A stretch of DNA of 64,000 nucleotides. It comes from an uncultured Acidobacterium sp. (GTDB lineage: Bacteria > Acidobacteriota > Vicinamibacteria > Vicinamibacterales > UBA2999). Numbering within the stretch: position 1 is the stretch's first letter; the number at the start of each line of letters is the position of its first letter. The translations under genes were made by a program, and so were the position numbers. The stretch spans positions 192,931 to 256,930 of the forward strand of contig CAZVLS010000005.1 of the NCBI GenBank assembly GCA_964628295.1, read 5' to 3'. The notes beneath the pieces were generated by a model. That model had not been told where the DNA came from, searched no databases, and saw only the letters and a program-made list of their open reading frames with translations. Shown piece by piece: positions 38,340 through 50,503 of the stretch.

Positions 38340-40991
38340 TCACTCCGAGCGAAGCGCGATAAGCGGATCGATTGCGGCGGCGCGTTTCGCTGGAAGCATT
38401 CCGGCGATCAACCCGAGTATCAAGAAGAACGTGGTGACAGCCACGAAGGTCACGACGTCACCCTCCGAGACGCCGAACAGCATCGACCTGAACAATCGGG
38501 CGGCAACGTAGGCGAGCGGCAAGCCGATCACGATGCCGAGCCCCGTCAACATGAGACCTTCACGCACGACCGCGCGTGCCACGGTCGAAGGATTGGCGCC
38601 GATAGCGACGCGGACGCCGATTTCCCGCGTTCGCCTGGAGACTGAGTAGGCAAGTACGCCATGGACGCCAAGTAGCGCCAGCACCACGGCCATGCTGCCG
38701 ACCATACCCGCGAGCGTGGCGCTCATGCGCTCACCACTCGGCACCTGATCGAACCATCCATCGAGCGTGATGACGTTGGCCACATACTCCTTGCCGCTCT
38801 CGGCAACGATGCGTCGGATGGCGTCCATCGCCGCGCCTTCCGGGCCGGAGGTGCGGAGGATGACGTTGGCCGAGCTAAAGACGTTTGCCTGCACCGCGGA
38901 TCGATAGAGAACCCGCGTCTTGGTTTCTTTCGGATCGCCGCGCGTGGCATCGCCGACGACACCGATGATCGTCAAGTCCTGCGAATCGCGCAGCGTTCCT
39001 ACCTTCACATGGCGCTCAAGGACATTGCCGCCAAGCGCCCGGGCAAGGCTTTCGCTGACGACCACGACACGCCGGCTCTTGAGGTCGTCCGACCACGTTG
39101 GCAGCCGTCCTTCGATGAGCGGAATGCCGAGCGTTGAAAAGAACTCCGGTGTGACGCTGTCGGTATGGACGTCGATGCCCCCACCTTCCTGGCCGACGAA
39201 CGACACCTGTTGTGACGTGGTCAGCAACGCGCGCGGGAACAGGCTGGCGAGTGCCACCGACTCAACGCCTGGCTCGGTCCGCAGCTTCTGCATGATCGCC
39301 GGGTAGTAGCCGTCAGTATTGGAGGTTCGCCTTCCGCCTGGCACGGGGAGCAGCTTCGCCGTGACGACTCCATCGGCACGGACACCGAGGTCACGATGTT
39401 GCAGGAGATACAGGGAGCGCGTCAGCAGCCCGGCGCCGATCAGCATCACGACTGACAAGGCCACCTGTGCCACAGCCAGGCCGCGCGTCCATCTATTGGT
39501 CGGCCCTGCAATCGTGCGATCCCACGAGAAGTGGATCGCGGCTCGACGACGCATGGCGAACCAGGTTGGCAGGGCGGTTACCAGTACTCCGACGATCACG
39601 CCGGCGATCGCGGTCGCGAACAGCACGCGCAGATCGGGCGTGAACGACATCATCCGATCGACGTAGCCATTCGGCATGAACGACGCGACCGGGGCGATGA
39701 ACGCGTACGACACCGGAACCGCGAGCACAGCGCCGCTCAGCGAGAGCACCAGGCTCTCCATCAACATTTGCTGACCAATGCGCCACTGGCTGCCGCCGAG
39801 GGCGAGCCGGACACCCAGCTCAGTGCCGCGTGCGGTCAGGCGTGTCAGGAGCAGGCCGCCGAGATTCACCGATGCCAGCAACAGCAGCAACGCCGTCAGG
39901 CCGAGGATCAGTTGAATCGTCGGAGAGTACCGTTCTCGAAACGCCGACAGACCCGTGGCCATCGCTTCGAGGCGCGTGGTGGCGCCAAGAATGTTTGCGC
40001 CTTCGTTGGCATTGCGCATCTCTGATCGGCCAAGTGCCAACCACGCAGGCCATCGGGCATCGAGTTCGGCCGCGCCCTGTTGGAAGGTGACTCCCGGGCG
40101 AAGGCGAACAAGCATCTCTTGTGCGACAGGCCGTCTGCCTTGACTGGCGGCAACGACGGAGTCGTGTGGAGCGAACACGTCCACGCCGTTATCCGCATGG
40201 ATACCCGTGAATCCAGGCGCCATCACGCCGACCACCGTGACTTCGTTGTTCTCCGCCTTCATCGTCTTGCCGATGACGCCGGGATCGCCGTTGAAGATGC
40301 GCTTCCAGAGGCGGTCGCTGATCACGACAACTTTGCGTCCCGCACTGACCAGCGGCACATCGTCGTCAACGATCGGGCGGCCTATTCGCGGCGTCACGCC
40401 GAACACGTCGAAGCAGCGGCCGGAGATGAAAGCGAACAACGCCAGCGTTGGCCGGCCGTTGGCCTCAACCGGCAGAGTACCGCCGCCGTTGTAGGCACAG
40501 ACCGTCTCAAAAGGACCGTCTCGCTGCATCTCGGGAACGAGCGTGACGGGCACGTAGCGCTTCAAGCCTTTGTCGTTGTAGCTGCTCAGGCTGAACAACC
40601 CGTCAGGGTTGGCGATTGGCAGCCGCTTGAGTGTGAGTGCGTTGAACACGCTGAACATCGCGGTGTTGGCGCCGATGCCAAACGCCAGCGTCAGGATCGC
40701 GGCAGCGGAGAACCCTGGCGCGCGCCGCACATGTCGGAGCGCGTAACGCAAGTCCTGCATCAACGTCTCGATGAACATGCCGGCCCTGATATCCCGGACT
40801 TGCTCCTTGATGGGCTCGATCCGGTTCAGTTCGATCATCGAGCGACGGCGCGCTTCGCCAGGCTCGACGCCAGCGGCGACCTTTTCGTCGATCAGCAGGT
40901 CGAGCGTCGCCCGCATCTCCTCATCGAGCTCGCGATCGATGCGATCGCGGTAGCGCAGGTTCCGCCACAGGCTCGCGAGGTGGGACCACAT
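38340..40991 (-). CDS. ADOP-family duplicated FtsX/MacB-type ABC permease
   Basis: From ATG 40991: 'MWSHLASLWRNLRYRDRIDRELDEEMR..' leader, then two MacB_PCD plus FtsX halves. It ends '..AIDPLIALRSE'. This is the typical acidobacterial orphan permease layout, with a PadR gene 2 nt upstream. Confidence 0.85.
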   Translation of the reverse strand: MWSHLASLWRNLRYRDRIDRELDEEMRATLDLLIDEKVAAGVEPGEARRRSMIELNRIEPIKEQVRDIRAGMFIETLMQDLRYALRHVRRAPGFSAAAILTLAFGIGANTAMFSVFNALTLKRLPIANPDGLFSLSSYNDKGLKRYVPVTLVPEMQRDGPFETVCAYNGGGTLPVEANGRPTLALFAFISGRCFDVFGVTPRIGRPIVDDDVPLVSAGRKVVVISDRLWKRIFNGDPGVIGKTMKAENNEVTVVGVMAPGFTGIHADNGVDVFAPHDSVVAASQGRRPVAQEMLVRLRPGVTFQQGAAELDARWPAWLALGRSEMRNANEGANILGATTRLEAMATGLSAFRERYSPTIQLILGLTALLLLLASVNLGGLLLTRLTARGTELGVRLALGGSQWRIGQQMLMESLVLSLSGAVLAVPVSYAFIAPVASFMPNGYVDRMMSFTPDLRVLFATAIAGVIVGVLVTALPTWFAMRRRAAIHFSWDRTIAGPTNRWTRGLAVAQVALSVVMLIGAGLLTRSLYLLQHRDLGVRADGVVTAKLLPVPGGRRTSNTDGYYPAIMQKLRTEPGVESVALASLFPRALLTTSQQVSFVGQEGGGIDVHTDSVTPEFFSTLGIPLIEGRLPTWSDDLKSRRVVVVSESLARALGGNVLERHVKVGTLRDSQDLTIIGVVGDATRGDPKETKTRVLYRSAVQANVFSSANVILRTSGPEGAAMDAIRRIVAESGKEYVANVITLDGWFDQVPSGERMSATLAGMVGSMAVVLALLGVHGVLAYSVSRRTREIGVRVAIGANPSTVARAVVREGLMLTGLGIVIGLPLAYVAARLFRSMLFGVSEGDVVTFVAVTTFFLILGLIAGMLPAKRAAAIDPLIALRSE

Positions 40992-40993
40992 GG

Positions 40994-41323
40994 CTAGCTC
41001 TCGAGCGCGTTCGTCATTGCGATTGCCACACGATTCCATTGGGCGGTCTCATCGCCAAGTCGCTTGCGGCCGGTCTTTGTCAGCTCGTAGTACTTGGCGC
41101 GGCGGTTGTTCTCGGACGGCTGCCATGACGAAGACAGCGCACCGGCTTCCTCGAGCCGGTGCAGGGCAGGGAAGAGCGATCCCGGCTGCACGCTGAACGT
41201 GCCCCTGGTCATCTGCTCGATGCGCCTGGACACGCCGAGACCGTGCAACTCCCCGGTGCTGAGCGCCTTCAGGATCAGCAGATCAAGCGTGCCTTGCAGG
41301 ACGGTGGCTCTGGGCTCGGACAT
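40994..41323 (-). CDS. PadR-family transcriptional regulator
   Basis: From ATG 41323: 'LQGTLDLLILKALSTGELHGLGVSRRIEQ..SLFPALHRLEEAGAL..RRAKYYELTKTG'. Confidence 0.85.
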   Translation of the reverse strand: MSEPRATVLQGTLDLLILKALSTGELHGLGVSRRIEQMTRGTFSVQPGSLFPALHRLEEAGALSSSWQPSENNRRAKYYELTKTGRKRLGDETAQWNRVAIAMTNALES

Positions 41324-41327
41324 CGCG

Positions 41328-41350
41328 CTCCTATCGTGAATCGATAGGAG
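41328..41350 (-). promoter_or_regulatory. inverted repeat covering the PadR ribosome-binding site
   Basis: CTCCTATCG-tgaat-CGATAGGAG (9-bp arms), with a third direct copy CTCCTATCG at 41361-41369. In mRNA sense the proximal arm supplies AGGAG 4 nt before the ATG. Confidence 0.4.
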
Positions 41351-41451
41351 TGTGCCGCAACTCCTATCGAAGGTCAACAGGAAGGAGGGGGGCGGAGGGT
41401 GCGGGAGGTGCGGAATTTGACAGCCGGCTTGTTATTTTTGTAACGTCTGAT

Positions 41452-41469
41452 CCGTTATTTAAATAACGG
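41452..41469 (+). promoter_or_regulatory. perfect 18-bp AT-rich palindrome upstream of blaI (candidate BlaI operator)
   Basis: CCGTTATTTAAATAACGG, 60 nt upstream of the blaI ATG and immediately followed by TATGAT. It is a striking AT island in a GC-rich spacer. Confidence 0.5.
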
Positions 41470-41528
41470 TGACTATGATGTTGAATGACGCAGCAGGCGC
41501 GTCGTTCTAAGCCGGACCAGAGCAAAGT

Positions 41529-41921
41529 ATGACCAAGCCTCTCCACAACGTGCTGTCACGCCGCGAGCGCCAGATCATGGACATCCTTTACGAGCTCGGC
41601 CGCGCCACCGCCGCCGAAGTCATGAAGGCGTTGCCGGGAGAACCCAGCGACTCGACCGTTCGTACCCAGCTGCGAGTGCTCGAGTCGAAAGGGCACGTCC
41701 GCCATGAGGATGATGGGCAGAAGTACATCTACCTGCCCGTCGTGCCGAGGCGCGTGGTGCGCAAGTCCGCGCTGAAGCACGTGATGAACACGTTCTTCGA
41801 CGGGTCCGCCGAGAAGGTGGTCGCCGCACTGCTTGGGCCGGACGGCAATAAGCTCAGCGAAGACGAGCTGGATCGCATCGCCGAGTTGGTGGCGAAGGCA
41901 CGCGCGGAGGAAACAAAATGA
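41529..41921 (+). CDS. blaI: BlaI/MecI/CopY-family transcriptional repressor
   Basis: 'LSRRERQIMDILYELGRATAAEVMKAL..STVRTQLRVLESKGHV'. Confidence 0.85.
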   Translation: MTKPLHNVLSRRERQIMDILYELGRATAAEVMKALPGEPSDSTVRTQLRVLESKGHVRHEDDGQKYIYLPVVPRRVVRKSALKHVMNTFFDGSAEKVVAALLGPDGNKLSEDELDRIAELVAKARAEETK

Positions 41922-43528
41922 TCACCTTCGAATTCATCCTTCGCTCATCGATCATTCTGCTGGCCGGGCTGGCCGGGATGCGCCTGCTCCATAAGCAGCC
42001 GGCGGCGATTCGTCATTGGGTCATGGGCGCCGCGATCCTGCTGGCGGCGGTACACCCCGTGGTGACGGCAATCGTTCCGGCGATCACGCTGCAGCCCGTC
42101 GAGCGCATCCTGATCGAATCGCAGGACGCCATCGAGTTGGCGATGCCGGCCGGTGATGTCACAGACACCTCGGATGCCGCTCCAGCTCCGAGGTGGAACG
42201 GCCCCGCGGTCGCATATGCGGTGTGGCTGATCGGCGCGTGCTTGAGCGCCGTGGTCCTGCTGGCCGGCGTGTCGTGGCTTGTCTGGCTGGAGCGTCGCGG
42301 ACGCGTGGCCGGGGCAGCCTGGCAGTCGGAAGCGGAAGACTTGCGGGCGAGGCTGGGCCTGCGGGCGCCGGTGAAGCTGGTCGTGACCGATCATCCTGCG
42401 CTGCTCGTCACGTGGGGCGCGCTCTCGTCTGTCATCCTGCTGCCCGCCGATGCGGATACCTGGTCCGCGGAGCGCATCCGCCATGTCGTCGCGCACGAAA
42501 TGGCGCACATGCACAGGCGGGACTGGGTGATTCAGCTATTCGCAGAGATCGCCCGGGCGGTCAACTGGTTCAATCCGCTGTTCTGGATCGCGTGCTCGCG
42601 CCTGCGGCGGGACAGCGAGCATGCCTGCGACGACATCGTGATCGATCTTGGATTCCGAGGCACCTCGTACGCCTCGCATTTGCTCGACCTCGCCCGAAGC
42701 TTCAGCGTCCACGGCCGCACATGGCTGCCGGCGCCGTCCATTGCTCGACCGTCAACCCTTGAAAGGAGAGTACGCGCCATGTTGAACCCACAGGTGGATC
42801 GCCGACCAATTTCAAATCTGCGAAGAGCCGCCATTGCCGTTGCGTTGCTGGTTCTCACCATCCCGATCGCCGCGGCATCGCAGGGGAATACACCCTCAGG
42901 AACCGTCGCCGATCAGATGGGCCGCCGTATCGCCGACGCCGTGGTGCGCCTGGTGCCCACCGAGGGCGGGCCGGCCATCGAAACGAAAACCGATGGCAAC
43001 GGCGCGTTCACGTTTCCCGACGTTACCGCCGGCGATTACATGTTGTCCGTCCGCCAGCCGGGATTCTCCGGCAAGCGTCACCGCGTCGCGCTGAAAGGCG
43101 GAGGCGTCACGTTCAACCTCCAGGTGCAGGTCGGCACGCTGCGGGAGACCGTGACGGTTACTGGGGGCAGCGACGTCGGCGCCCAGCCAACCCGCAGCGT
43201 ACAGACGGCGCGCACCGTACCCGATGTGCCGGCGTCGTGCACGGCGAGCGATGGCGGGCAGATCAAGCCGCCGATGAAGATCCGCGATGTGCGGCCGAGA
43301 TACAAGCAGGAATGGGTGACGGCCGGTCTCGAAGGCAGCGTGCTGATGCAGGCCACGATCGGAACCGACGGAAGGGTTCGCGGACTGGATGTCCTCTCGC
43401 CGGTCAATGCTGAATTGGAAGATGAAGCGTTGGCGGCGGTCAGTGGATGGCAGTTCTCGCCGACCTACCTGAATTGCGAGCCGATCGAAGTGCAGATGTT
43501 CGTGACGGTCAACTTCAAGAAGCTGTAG
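41918..43528 (+). CDS. BlaR1-like M56 membrane metalloprotease fused to CarboxypepD_reg-like and TonB C-terminal domains
   Basis: 'HEMAHMHRRD' (HExxH) after four TM helices. 'DGNGAFTFPDVTAGDYMLSVRQPGF' (CarboxypepD_reg-like). C-terminal 'PRYKQEWVTAGLEGSVLMQATIGTDGRV..' (TonB_C-like). 4-nt overlap with blaI. Confidence 0.8.
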   Translation: MITFEFILRSSIILLAGLAGMRLLHKQPAAIRHWVMGAAILLAAVHPVVTAIVPAITLQPVERILIESQDAIELAMPAGDVTDTSDAAPAPRWNGPAVAYAVWLIGACLSAVVLLAGVSWLVWLERRGRVAGAAWQSEAEDLRARLGLRAPVKLVVTDHPALLVTWGALSSVILLPADADTWSAERIRHVVAHEMAHMHRRDWVIQLFAEIARAVNWFNPLFWIACSRLRRDSEHACDDIVIDLGFRGTSYASHLLDLARSFSVHGRTWLPAPSIARPSTLERRVRAMLNPQVDRRPISNLRRAAIAVALLVLTIPIAAASQGNTPSGTVADQMGRRIADAVVRLVPTEGGPAIETKTDGNGAFTFPDVTAGDYMLSVRQPGFSGKRHRVALKGGGVTFNLQVQVGTLRETVTVTGGSDVGAQPTRSVQTARTVPDVPASCTASDGGQIKPPMKIRDVRPRYKQEWVTAGLEGSVLMQATIGTDGRVRGLDVLSPVNAELEDEALAAVSGWQFSPTYLNCEPIEVQMFVTVNFKKL

Positions 43529-43531
43529 ACC

Positions 43532-43549
43532 CTCGCACCGAAGTGCGAG
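43532..43549. terminator. short stem-loop after the blaR1-like gene
   Basis: CTCGCAC-cgaa-GTGCGAG followed by TT, 4 nt after the TAG stop. Confidence 0.3.
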
Positions 43550-43811
43550 TTACGGCGTTCCGTCCGCAGACGCGGTCGCGGCCTGGGTCATTGCCGGCTC
43601 CGGCTGCGTCTGCCGGCCATCGTCCTGATACAGGACAAGCAATAACAGGGTTAGTGCCAGCGAGATCCCGATGACGGCGGCGAGTCGGCCCAGAAGCTCC
43701 ATGCCTTGCCCTAGTGCAACTGCGATGCCAGCACAGTCGAGGCTGATTTCGTCGCCGGAGTGATGACGAGTGAGAAGAATCTGCCCAGGTCGTGTGTAAG
43801 AGGGAATTTCC

Positions 43812-44297
43812 TTACACAGTGGACGTGCGGCGCCAGCGATCCACCAGCATCAAGGCGACACCGGCCATGATGGCGACGTCGGCGATGTTGAAGATGCCCG
43901 TGCGAACGGGGCCGATGCCCAGGTTCAGGAAGTCGATGACGCTGCCGATGGCGACGCGGTCGATCAGGTTCGACAGGCCACCGGCGACAAACATCACCAG
44001 CCCAACCTTCGCCAACCTCGACCATTCGAAGCGGGCTGCCATCACCATGATGCCGAACAGGAAGGCGGCATTGGCGACCTGAAAGACGACGGTGCGTGCT
44101 GCCGGATTCCAGGTGGCGCCTGCGCTCAGAAACCCGCCCTTGTTCTCGTGATAGTCCAGCCTGACCGTATCGCCGAGGTATGAGTACCTGCCGCCGCTTG
44201 AGAGGGTCGTAACCGCGAGATGCTTCGTCACGCGATCGCAGCCGGCGGTCGCGAGCAGCAGGAGGCAGAGCAGCACGCCTCTCCTGAAAGTATTCAT
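43812..44297 (-). CDS. lspA: lipoprotein signal peptidase II
   Basis: 'NKGGFLSAGA', 'NLIDRV', 'VIDFL..GIFNIADVAI'. Confidence 0.9.
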   Translation of the reverse strand: MNTFRRGVLLCLLLLATAGCDRVTKHLAVTTLSSGGRYSYLGDTVRLDYHENKGGFLSAGATWNPAARTVVFQVANAAFLFGIMVMAARFEWSRLAKVGLVMFVAGGLSNLIDRVAIGSVIDFLNLGIGPVRTGIFNIADVAIMAGVALMLVDRWRRTSTV

Positions 44298-44352
44298 GGT
44301 GTTGCGCTTTCGATTGTTCGGAACCTCCCGATTATAGCGCGCTAGCGGGGCG

Positions 44353-44388
44353 CAAATTCTGCTTCAAATTCTGCTTCAAATTCTGCTT
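44353..44388. repeat. three perfect tandem 12-bp units CAAATTCTGCTT
   Basis: Read directly: 44353-44364, 44365-44376, 44377-44388. The array is AT-rich and lies between divergent lspA and the repeat-protein gene. Confidence 0.9.
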
Positions 44389-44425
44389 CTTGCGGCACCG
44401 CGCTGACGATGCTACCGTCGTCGAC

Positions 44426-44827
44426 ATGGCGGAGGTTCCCTTGGCGGATCGGGTCGCGGTATTGGAGACAAAGGTGGCGGCATTGGAAGGCCTGCCGGCG
44501 CAGATCCAGAAGCTCGAAGCGACGCTCCGCGAAGAGATTCGTGCCGGCGACGAAGAGACGCGGCGTCAGATGCGTGAGGGCGACGAAGAGACGCGCCGGC
44601 AGATGCGTGAAGGCGACGAAGAGACGCGTCGCCAGATGCGTGAAGGGGACGAGGAGACGCGTCGCCAGATGCGTGAAGAGGACGAGGAGACGCGGCGCCT
44701 ACTGCGTGAAGGCGACGAGGAAACGCGCCGCCTGATGCGGGTCCTCCACGAAGACGTCCTCGAGCGATTCAAGACCCTGGGCGAATCGCTCGGCAGTCCT
44801 AACAGCCGCCGAAGGCCGCGTCGATAG
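44426..44827 (+). CDS. highly charged protein with six tandem 11-residue repeats (R-E-G-D-E-E-T-R-R-Q-M)
   Basis: ORF 44390..44827 (TTG); I prefer ATG 44426 (MAEVPLADRVAVLETKVAALEG..). A coiled-coil-like N-terminus is followed by the repeat array and then 'VLHEDVLERFKTLGESL'. No family recognised. Confidence 0.55.
   Translation: MAEVPLADRVAVLETKVAALEGLPAQIQKLEATLREEIRAGDEETRRQMREGDEETRRQMREGDEETRRQMREGDEETRRQMREEDEETRRLLREGDEETRRLMRVLHEDVLERFKTLGESLGSPNSRRRPRR
44540..44737 (+). repeat. 6 x 33-bp in-frame tandem repeat inside the CDS
   Basis: Units start at 44540, 44573, 44606, 44639, 44672 and 44705. They encode RAGDEETRRQM, REGDEETRRQM (x3), REEDEETRRLL and REGDEETRRLM. Differences between the three identical peptide units are all synonymous. 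Confidence 0.9.
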
Positions 44828-44855
44828 CACGTACCTCGTGTAATCGCGGCCGCGC

Positions 44856-49333
<4,478 letters not shown>

Positions 49334-49335
49334 AC

Positions 49336-49372
49336 TAGGAAGACACCAGTATGGGCCTGGTGAATCTTCCTA
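49336..49372 (-). promoter_or_regulatory. secA leader hairpin, preceded by a perfect TATAAT (49372-49377 on the minus strand)
   Basis: On the plus strand TAGGAAGACACCAG-tatgggc-CTGGTG(aa)TCTTCCTA, a 14 bp stem with a 2-nt bulge. In mRNA sense the 3' arm ends 2 nt before the ATG, and the only AGGAAG lies in the 5' arm. Confidence 0.3.
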
Positions 49373-49411
49373 TTATACAGACTTGCGCAGGCGGGCTTTA
49401 GTTCCCGCGAG

Positions 49412-50332
49412 TTAATTGGCTGATTTGCGGCGCGGGGTCAGCAGCAGCTGCAGCGGATTGAGGATCCGCCCGTTCGCGCGCACTTCGTAGTGCAGGTGCG
49501 AGCCGGTGGTGCGGCCGGTCGATCCGACCTGGCCCAGCAAGTCGCCGCGCTTCACCGTCTGGCCGGCCTTCACCTTGAAGGCGGAGAGGTGACCGTAGCG
49601 GGTTTCGAGGCCAAAGCCGTGATCGACCACGACCAGGTTGCCGTAGTTGCCGGCAGCTGAGGCGTTGGTGACCTTGCCGTCCGCGGTGGCGTAGACGGGG
49701 TCGCCGCGATCGGCGGAGATGTCGAGACCTGGGTGGAAGTCCTTCTCGCCGGTCAGCGGATCGGCGCGGTTGCCCATGCTCGACGACAACCAACCGTGGG
49801 TCGGCCAAATCGACGGTGTGGCAGCTGCCAGCTGATTGCGCTTGTTCACGTCGCTACGGACCGAATCAAGGCGATCTTCAAGACCCGAGAGCAGGTCCTT
49901 TAGCAGGCCAAAGGTGTTTTCCGGGGTGCTGAGGCCCGGCGTCATCAGCGCCACTGCGGTGTTCGCAGTGGGACCGCCCATGGCGCGGTTCTTCACCATG
50001 GCGGGCAGCTTGTCCATGGAGTTTTGCAGCGCTGGGTCGAGCGCGGCCTTCGCGCCGAGGTCCGACATGGCGGTCTGCAGCGCCATGATCTGGCCGGCGA
50101 GCTGTTCGGTGGCGGCGCGATAGTTGGCGTTCTCGAGTTCGAGCGTCGCGGCGGTTGTGTAGAGATTGGCGACGTCGTACTTCGCCTTCATGGCGGCGCC
50201 GGTGCCGATCAGGATCGGCAACGTCACGATGGTCGCCAGCGCAATCGCCACCGGCTTCACACTGATCGTGAAGCGGCGGACAACACCAGAGGTGCGATCG
50301 GCCAGGACGAGGGTATAGCGCTTGGAAAGCAT
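49412..50332 (-). CDS. M23-family peptidoglycan metalloendopeptidase
   Basis: From ATG 50332: a TM anchor, a coiled-coil region, 'HPGLDISADRGDPVYA', 'GNLVVVDHG', 'GSHLHYEV'. Confidence 0.85.
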   Translation of the reverse strand: MLSKRYTLVLADRTSGVVRRFTISVKPVAIALATIVTLPILIGTGAAMKAKYDVANLYTTAATLELENANYRAATEQLAGQIMALQTAMSDLGAKAALDPALQNSMDKLPAMVKNRAMGGPTANTAVALMTPGLSTPENTFGLLKDLLSGLEDRLDSVRSDVNKRNQLAAATPSIWPTHGWLSSSMGNRADPLTGEKDFHPGLDISADRGDPVYATADGKVTNASAAGNYGNLVVVDHGFGLETRYGHLSAFKVKAGQTVKRGDLLGQVGSTGRTTGSHLHYEVRANGRILNPLQLLLTPRRKSAN

Positions 50333-50447
50333 CAGGAAGAGCCCAAAGGCTAACACGCGGTCCGCGGGCCTGAAAACCCAAAAGTGCCGGATTGTGCAGA
50401 ATTTTCGCTTTGCGTTCGCCAGTATTACAGAAGAATTACAGAAAAGG

Positions 50448-50503
50448 CCGGGAACCGGGAACAGGGAGCCGGCAACCGGCAACCGGGAACGGGTCACCGG
50501 GGA
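50448..50503. repeat. tandem heptamer array (8 units, CCGGSAA family)
   Basis: CCGGGAA CCGGGAA CAGGGAG CCGGCAA CCGGCAA CCGGGAA CGGGTCA CCGGGGA. The last units encode the C-terminal residues and stop of the peroxidase gene. Confidence 0.8.
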
